Below are positions 58,031-64,000 of a stretch of DNA of 64,000 nt, one piece after another (the stretch's first letter is position 1; each line of letters begins with the position of its first letter). The notes under the pieces are model-generated. The model searched no databases. It was not told where the DNA came from and worked only from the letters and a program-made list of their open reading frames with translations. The position numbers and the translations under genes are program-made. Source of the DNA: Lentisphaerae bacterium ADurb.Bin082 (lineage in GTDB: Bacteria > Verrucomicrobiota > Lentisphaeria > Oligosphaerales > Oligosphaeraceae); NCBI GenBank assembly GCA_002070945.1, contig MWEG01000093.1, positions 4,366 through 68,365 on the forward strand, written 5' to 3'.

Positions 58031-58334
58031 ACTGATTGATATTTGGAGTCCCGGCAAGCTGCGGAGCTCGGCGCCAGGGTGAGACACTTTAGTGGACAAT
58101 GGACAATGGACTTTAATGGACGTTAGTAGACGATGGATTGTGGACGTTAGTGGACAAAAGTGGAGAGTGGACGTGGACGCCAGTGGACGTCAGTGGACAA
58201 TAGGATTGGCGGACATAGACCCCTCGCCCCTGAAGAATTATGAATTATGAATTATGAATTATGAAATGCGCCTCAGCATTCAGCATTCAGCATTCAGCAT
58301 TCAGCATTCTGCATTCTGCATTCTGCCCCTCGCC
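58031..58334. repeat. A-type repeat (inverted orientation, 58031-58232) fused to an H-type heptamer element (58235-58323), flanked by CCCCTCGCC motifs
   Basis: The reverse complement of 58031-58100 (GTCCATTGTCCATTGTCCACTAAAG...CCGCAGCTTGCCGGGACTCCAAATATCAATCAG) aligns with the tails at 26003-26085 and 33371-33450. A GTGGAC array lies at 58090-58200. CCCCTCGCCCC is at 58220-58230. Then come (TGAATTA)x3, the core TGAAATGCGCCTC (58262-58274), (AGCATTC)x5 and (TGCATTC)x2, followed by CCCCTCGCC. Confidence 0.9.
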
Positions 58335-58639
58335 GCTTTCCTGATGATGACAATCGACCACATCATTGTCTTTCCTTAATACAATACCACCTACTGTTTA
58401 TCTGTCTTTTTTGTTTTTGATTATTTTTTTATGAAAAACGATTTAAAAACAGGAAAAACAAGGCTTGTTTTAAAAACCAGCCAAAGAAATATTATGAAAA
58501 CTAACGATTTGTTAGTCGTGCATTGATTTTTTTCGGTATTGTCGCCAATTATAGTTTTTGGCATTCGTTTTTTGCGACAGAGAGCGTGCTGTTGCGCTTG
58601 GTTTGTGTCATTCAGAAGTATCATTGAGGAGGAGAGGGC

Positions 58640-61600
58640 ATGAAGAAGTTGTGGTTTGCCTTGGGAGGATTGACGGTTTTATGTGTGGTCTCATTATCAG
58701 TGAATGTGTTTCTGTTGCTGCGGGAGGAACGTCACGCCCAGCAGGTTTCGACTTTGCCGTCGCCGCCGGTGTCGCAAAACGCGCCTGAGGCGGGGGAGCA
58801 GGCCGCTCCTAAGCCGACAGCGTCAGACCAGCTCGTGGCTGCAGTGGCGGCTGCATTGGGGATAGGAGGAGAACCGCCCAAAGCCTCGACTGCGGCGTCT
58901 GGCGACGCGGAGAACGTCATAGACAAGCCGCTGTTTGTGCGAGAAATCTATTATTCCTATCAGGAGCTCAAAGTCTGTTTCGCTACTAACGGCACTGTGG
59001 ATACTTCTATGACTGGCAAGGTCAAGCTGTCGCCGCCGGTTTCCGATCTCACATTTGAGAGCAGAGGCTACATTTGGGTGTTGGATGGGATATTTGAGCC
59101 GGAGACTACCTATCAGCTGACGATTCCGGCCGGGGTCAGAAGCTCGACAGGGGAAGCCGTCCAGGAAGACTTAGTCTACAACGTCAAGATTCCGCCGCTG
59201 TCACCGGATGTGCGCTTTTTGACCGAGGGGCCATATTATCCAGCAGTTCGCGTGGATGGGCAGCCCGAACGGGTGAGTCTGCCGCTTGGCGTCACTAACA
59301 TGAGGCGGGTGAGCTTGTCGTTGTACCGGGTCTATACCAATAATCTCGCCTTGCGGGACACGCTGTCCTCCTATCGGTGGGAAAAGTACCAGCGGTTGGT
59401 GAAGACGATCACAGTGCCGATCAACAGCACCAGCAAACGCGAGCAGCAGATTGACGCTGACCTTTCCGAACTGTTGTCAGGGGCAGAGTATGGCATCTAT
59501 AGGATCACGGTTGGCAACCCTTCCGACGACTACAGCGACGATAGTATAGAAATGGTCCTGAGCGACCTTGGGTTGACGGCGGCTATGGACTGCCCAGGTC
59601 GTCGCTGCCAAGTATTGGTGCGCAGCTTGACGACCGGGACGCCGGTGGCAGACGCTGATGTGCAGGTGATCAGCACGAAAAACCAGCCGGTCGCCCAAGG
59701 CCGAACCGATGCGGCCGGGCTGGCGCAACTGGAGTTTTTGCCATCCTTTGACGATGAAACTGATTCGCCCACGATCATCGTGGTGCAAGCCGGCGCGGAT
59801 GCGTCCTACCTGCAGCTGAACAGCGACAACCAGCATAACTTGTCGGTCTTCGCAAACAGCGGCCGGCGTCGCACCGAAGGCCCGGAGGCGTTTGTCTACA
59901 CGGAGCGCGGTGTTTGCCGTCCTGGTGAGACGATGACGGTTTCGCTGTATGTCCGGGAACGGTCTGGGGCTTCGACGGCAGCGGTGTCTGCCCCTTGCCA
60001 GGTGACGGTAAGCGATCCGCAGGGGCAGGTGTTCGTCACTGAGCGGATGACTACTGATGCGTTCGGTTTTGCCACGGTGCCGATACCGATTCCCGCCAAT
60101 GCTCGGACCGGCGCATACACGGTCAAATGCGGAGTGGACGACCAGACCACGTGGGGGGATGCGATGTTTATCGTTGCCACCTATGTTCCAGACCGGTTCA
60201 AGGTCAGGCTGAAGACAGCGCAGACAGTGGTTGTTCCCGAGGACGCTCTGACCTGCCAAGTGTCGGCGCGGTATTATTTTGGCCAGGACATGACTCAGGG
60301 CGAGTGCGATTTTCGGGTTTCGGCGAGCCTGGCCCAGCCGCCAGCGCATTGGGACGGGTTCCAGGTCGGCGATCCGGCGGTGTTTGTCTCTGGCCGCTCG
60401 CATGAGGGGCGCGGCATCCGCCTGAATGGTTCGAGGGTGCTGGTTTATCCCGGCTTTGATGCGGCAGGCGGCCGGTCGTATTCGCCGGTGCAGTTGCTGA
60501 TGGAAGCCACGGTCCGCGACTCTGGAGGACGCGGAGTGACCGAGCGGGTGACGGCGTGGTGCAACCCAACGCCTTTTTACCTGGGCATTCGCCAAAGCAC
60601 TGATAAGGCTGCGAATAGCGACGACGGTGTGCGCTTGCAATTCCGCCGCCTGGCCTGGAGGGCGGAGGACGCCATTCCAACGACGCCGGTGATGGTGAAT
60701 CTGAAATTGTACCGTGTTCAGTGGGATTTCGTGCGCAAGGTTGACCGGGATGGCGACATCGGATACGTCTGGGAGGATGTACGCACGGCAGTGCCGGGAC
60801 CCGAGAAGCTGGAACTGGCCGGGATGGAAGCCGAACTGGTGCTGCCGAGGCTGGCAAGCGGTCGTTATGAGCTGATCGCAGAGACAGAGCAGGGCATACG
60901 CACACGCATGGAATTTTGGCATTGGTGGGGCGAGGGCGGCAGCCGCAGCTCGAATCCAAGCGTCTTGTCATTTGTGACCGACCGGCCGCGCTACGCCCCC
61001 GGAGAGACCGCCGAAGTCACGGTGATGTCGTCTGGGGAGGGCTATCTCTATGTGGCTGCCGGCGAACAGCGGCTCACGGATGGCTTCACACAGGTAGTGA
61101 CGCCTGGCGCCAATCGCTTCAAGGTGGCCATTCCGGCGCAGACCTCCAGCGAGGATTATTATGTCGGGGTGACGCTAGTCTGCCCCGGGCGTTCGGCAAC
61201 GCGGAGTTTTGGTCTGCTGCGACTGGCGGTTGACCAGAGCGCCAACCGCCTGGGCATCGAACTGACGGCGCCAGCCAAGGCGACGCCAAAGGAGGAAGTC
61301 GCTATCAGTGTCAAATTGACCGGCGCCGACGGCAAGCCGTGCAGCGGCCAGGTGCAGGTGTTCGCGGTTGACGAAGGCATCCTGGCGCTGACTAACTATC
61401 AGACGCCAGACATCTTTGCGTTTTTCCATGGCCGCCATTTCTGCCCCTTTAAATTCTATGATATCTATTCCGCGCTGTTTCCCGATGTCCGCATTGGCGC
61501 AAATGGCAAGATCGGCGGTGACGGCGTCGACAACCAGAAGATGGCGAAGCTTCTGGGCGACATCAAGGCGGCAAAGTCGGCGGTGTGGATTGGGCCAGCT

Positions 61601-63565
61601 TTGGCTGTGCCTGCCTCAGGCGAAGCCAGTGTGCAGACGCGGCTGCCGGACCATGTCGGCGCGCTGCGGGTGATGGCGGTCGGCGTGTCGAAGGAGACCG
61701 TCGGCTCAGCGGCGCGGGAGCTCGTGATGCGAGACCTCGTCAGCGTGCTGCCGACAGCGCCCCGGGCAGTGGCGCCTGGCGATGAGTTCGTGGTGACCTT
61801 GACGGCCTTCAATCACGACTTGGAGGCTGGAACAGCTGAGCTTGAGATACAAGCGCCGCCTGCGTTGGCAGCCCAAGGCGAGACAAAGCACACCTTTGCT
61901 TTGGCCAAAGGCGCCTCGCATACTGTCCAAGTGCCGTACGTCGCCAGTGGTCACCTTGGCGCCTGGGACATGGTCTGCACCTTGCAGTTAGGTCCAGGCC
62001 GTCACCAGAGCCGTTTCCCAGTTACAGTCAGGTCGATGTTTCCTCCGACCACCCGGGCTGTCACCTTGGCAGTGCAGCCCGGGGAGACTGAGCGGGTTCA
62101 GATTGACCAGGCAGAGTGGCAAGGCGAGCCGACGGCTAAATTGCGGGTGTTGGCATCGCCGGCCTTAGGGGTGCAAGATGCGATGGACTGGCTGAATAGC
62201 TATCCATACGGCTGCCTGGAACAGACTACGGCGACAGCGTTTCCATTTCTTGGGATTGACAATATGGTGAAGGCCGGCTTGCTGGCGCCTAACATAGCGG
62301 CGGCAGCCCGCTTCAAGGCCGAGCAGGTGATGGCGACCATCCTGACGATGATGCGCAGCAACGGCTCGTTCTCAATGTGGCCAGGCTCGGAATGGGAACG
62401 GGCGGACGCCTCGTTGTTTGCGGCGCATTATCTGTTTGCGGCCGCGCAAGTGCTGAACCTTCCTCTGGATGCCGACGTGAGCCGACGGCTCCGCAGTTCC
62501 CTGCAACGGCAGGCGGAAGATGCCTCCTTGCCACGCAAGCAACGGGCGTATGCAGCGTATGTGCTGGCGCTGGCGGGCGACCGGAGTTTTTTGCGCTCGG
62601 CCCGGAATCTCTTGTCAGTGCAGAAGGATGATTTGGCCTCATTGCTGGCGGCAGCAGCACTGGTCCAGGGGGGCTATGCTGCGGAAGGCGCGGTTCCTCT
62701 GAAGCGTGTTTTGGAACGGGAAGTCTGGCGCGATGAGCAGGCCGGGCAAGACCTCGGCTTTGCTTCCAGCACGGTCAGCCGTCTGGGCATGGTCCTGGCG
62801 CTGCTGATGGATGTGATGCCAGACCATCCGGCAGGGGTGCGCCTGGCCACCGAGCTGCAAGCGAAGTTGCGTCCCGATGGCAGCGGCTGGGGCACGACAC
62901 ATGCCAACGCCTGGGCAGCGTATGGCCTGGCGGCTTTTGCGGCACAACAGGGCGTCGGCTTAGCACAGGGCTCCATCAGCATCACTGGCGGCATTGAGGC
63001 GCCGATCAAGACCGAAAAGATGCAGGAATTTGACCTGGCAGGGCGGAAGGAAGCGGTGCTGGTGAACACAGGAACGGCGCCGTACTACGTACGCCTGCTC
63101 GTGTCTGGGACTCCGGCCAAGCTGGAGGAACGCCGCGATGTGCTGGCGATCAATCGGCAGTATGTGACAGCGGACGGCCAGGAAGTGACTAAGGTTGAGC
63201 AGGGACAGCTGCTGACCGTGAAGCTCACTGTGTACGCCGCCGGTCGAATACCCGACCTCGTGCTGGTGGACATGCTGCCGGGAGGGTTCGAGATCGAGGA
63301 CGAAATGCTGGTGACGCGGGCATACGCGGCGCCGGTCATAACAAGCTACCCCCAAATGACCATGATGCCGATTTTCATTGAAAAACGCGATGACCGCTAT
63401 TTGTTTTTCGGCGATGCGCTCAAGGCCGGAACCAGCGAGATTACATACCAAGTACGCGCAGTCAGCCGAGGGAAATTCGCCTTGCCGCCCGTACTCATGG
63501 AGGGCATGTATGATCCTGATGTGCAGGGGACGTATGTGCCATCAGGATTTTTGGAAGTCTATTAG
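58640..63565 (+). CDS. Alpha-2-macroglobulin family protein, ECAM/YfhM-like (1641 aa) with CLEQ thioester motif
   Basis: GAGGAGGAG lies upstream. The N-terminal hydrophobic anchor is MKKLWFALGGLTVLCVVSLSVNVFLLL. Serial MG domains follow. The thioester motif YPYGCLEQT has its CLEQ codons at 62213-62224 (Cys at residue 1192). The size and the downstream pbpC match the E. coli yfhM-pbpC arrangement. Confidence 0.9.
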   Translation: MKKLWFALGGLTVLCVVSLSVNVFLLLREERHAQQVSTLPSPPVSQNAPEAGEQAAPKPTASDQLVAAVAAALGIGGEPPKASTAASGDAENVIDKPLFVREIYYSYQELKVCFATNGTVDTSMTGKVKLSPPVSDLTFESRGYIWVLDGIFEPETTYQLTIPAGVRSSTGEAVQEDLVYNVKIPPLSPDVRFLTEGPYYPAVRVDGQPERVSLPLGVTNMRRVSLSLYRVYTNNLALRDTLSSYRWEKYQRLVKTITVPINSTSKREQQIDADLSELLSGAEYGIYRITVGNPSDDYSDDSIEMVLSDLGLTAAMDCPGRRCQVLVRSLTTGTPVADADVQVISTKNQPVAQGRTDAAGLAQLEFLPSFDDETDSPTIIVVQAGADASYLQLNSDNQHNLSVFANSGRRRTEGPEAFVYTERGVCRPGETMTVSLYVRERSGASTAAVSAPCQVTVSDPQGQVFVTERMTTDAFGFATVPIPIPANARTGAYTVKCGVDDQTTWGDAMFIVATYVPDRFKVRLKTAQTVVVPEDALTCQVSARYYFGQDMTQGECDFRVSASLAQPPAHWDGFQVGDPAVFVSGRSHEGRGIRLNGSRVLVYPGFDAAGGRSYSPVQLLMEATVRDSGGRGVTERVTAWCNPTPFYLGIRQSTDKAANSDDGVRLQFRRLAWRAEDAIPTTPVMVNLKLYRVQWDFVRKVDRDGDIGYVWEDVRTAVPGPEKLELAGMEAELVLPRLASGRYELIAETEQGIRTRMEFWHWWGEGGSRSSNPSVLSFVTDRPRYAPGETAEVTVMSSGEGYLYVAAGEQRLTDGFTQVVTPGANRFKVAIPAQTSSEDYYVGVTLVCPGRSATRSFGLLRLAVDQSANRLGIELTAPAKATPKEEVAISVKLTGADGKPCSGQVQVFAVDEGILALTNYQTPDIFAFFHGRHFCPFKFYDIYSALFPDVRIGANGKIGGDGVDNQKMAKLLGDIKAAKSAVWIGPALAVPASGEASVQTRLPDHVGALRVMAVGVSKETVGSAARELVMRDLVSVLPTAPRAVAPGDEFVVTLTAFNHDLEAGTAELEIQAPPALAAQGETKHTFALAKGASHTVQVPYVASGHLGAWDMVCTLQLGPGRHQSRFPVTVRSMFPPTTRAVTLAVQPGETERVQIDQAEWQGEPTAKLRVLASPALGVQDAMDWLNSYPYGCLEQTTATAFPFLGIDNMVKAGLLAPNIAAAARFKAEQVMATILTMMRSNGSFSMWPGSEWERADASLFAAHYLFAAAQVLNLPLDADVSRRLRSSLQRQAEDASLPRKQRAYAAYVLALAGDRSFLRSARNLLSVQKDDLASLLAAAALVQGGYAAEGAVPLKRVLEREVWRDEQAGQDLGFASSTVSRLGMVLALLMDVMPDHPAGVRLATELQAKLRPDGSGWGTTHANAWAAYGLAAFAAQQGVGLAQGSISITGGIEAPIKTEKMQEFDLAGRKEAVLVNTGTAPYYVRLLVSGTPAKLEERRDVLAINRQYVTADGQEVTKVEQGQLLTVKLTVYAAGRIPDLVLVDMLPGGFEIEDEMLVTRAYAAPVITSYPQMTMMPIFIEKRDDRYLFFGDALKAGTSEITYQVRAVSRGKFALPPVLMEGMYDPDVQGTYVPSGFLEVY

Positions 63566-63587
63566 GCTTTGACGAGGAGGGGCAGCG

Positions 63588-64000
63588 ATGCGCTGGCCGG
63601 GGAAAATTCAGCGCGCGTGGCAGGCGGTCGCCAGAGCCGGTTCCTGGCTGGCGACGGCCTTTGCGGCTGGCTGCCGGCGTTTCTGGCAATGGCGGCGGTC
63701 AGCCAGCTGCGCCAGGCTTGCGTCGGCAGCGTTGGGCGGCGTTCTCTCAGCGCTGCTTTTGGGGCTGTTGTTCTGGTGGCTGGGACCGTGGCTGGTGGCT
63801 GATCCGATGCGGGCTTTGTCCCAGCAGACGCCAGTTCGACGCTACGTGGACAGCCAAGGGCGGTTGGTGCACCTGGAACGTACGTATGACCATCAGTGGC
63901 GCTTGCCAGTGCCGCTGTCGGAGATGTCAAAGCCGGTCTTGCAGGCCACGCTAGCGGCCGAGGACGCCAATTTCTTTTCACATGCCGGGGTGGACTATGG
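63588..64000 (+). CDS. pbpC: Penicillin-binding protein 1C, N-terminal part (glycosyltransferase GT51 domain; runs off the right edge)
   Basis: Not in the ORF track because it has no in-window stop. ATG 63588 has GAGGAGG 7 nt upstream. The translation MRWPGKIQRAW...LGGVLSALLLGLLFWWLGPWLV (TM anchor)...LSEMSKPVLQATLAAEDANFFSHAGVDY contains the GT51 motif EDxxFxxHxG. Confidence 0.85.
   Translation, partial: MRWPGKIQRAWQAVARAGSWLATAFAAGCRRFWQWRRSASCARLASAALGGVLSALLLGLLFWWLGPWLVADPMRALSQQTPVRRYVDSQGRLVHLERTYDHQWRLPVPLSEMSKPVLQATLAAEDANFFSHAGVDY

Noticed and set aside
58421-58624. 67-aa minus-strand ORF in the AT-rich spacer upstream of the second A2M gene
   Set aside because: It lies in a low-complexity AT-rich promoter region, has no RBS, and has Lys/Phe/Ile-rich composition, as expected from translating A/T tracts.

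Overview
This is a gene-dense, GC-rich (roughly 55-60% by eye, not computed) chromosomal segment. It mixes housekeeping genes (PFOR, dxs, nagA, prmC, aroE, mreC, serC, glgB, uvrC, type III glutamine synthetase, nfo) with many secreted glycan-active proteins. PFOR, GSIII, Thi4 and a DUF1559-like prepilin protein suggest an anaerobic glycan degrader of the PVC group; this is inference only. I call 35 protein genes. Two are edge-truncated and missing from the ORF track: a LacI-family regulator at 1..526 (-) and a PBP1C at 63588..64000 (+). I also call one tRNA-Glu(CUC), one TPP riboswitch in front of thi4, several intrinsic terminators and a few low-confidence promoters. I see no rRNA, CRISPR array, transposase, integrase, reverse transcriptase or recognisable defence genes, and no clear candidate for a new multi-gene system. 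The features most worth a second look are: (1) a modular family of hairpin-rich, partly TIR-bounded repeats and short-period arrays in nine intergenic spacers (~2.6 kb), with structure-preserving substitutions between copies; (2) two thioester-motif alpha-2-macroglobulins 6.4 kb apart, one canonical A2M-PBP1C operon and one 2055-aa orphan with a ~480-aa N-terminal extension; (3) a translationally coupled pair of paralogous RDH/QueG-like Fe-S proteins; (4) unusual fusions (HldC-like nucleotidyltransferase + nitroreductase; PlsC + carrier domain + AMP-ligase; SGNH esterase + lyase-like toroid + ThuA-like domain in a 1539-aa secreted protein). All functional calls rest on motif recognition by eye. 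No database search, HMM, covariance model or folding was run.
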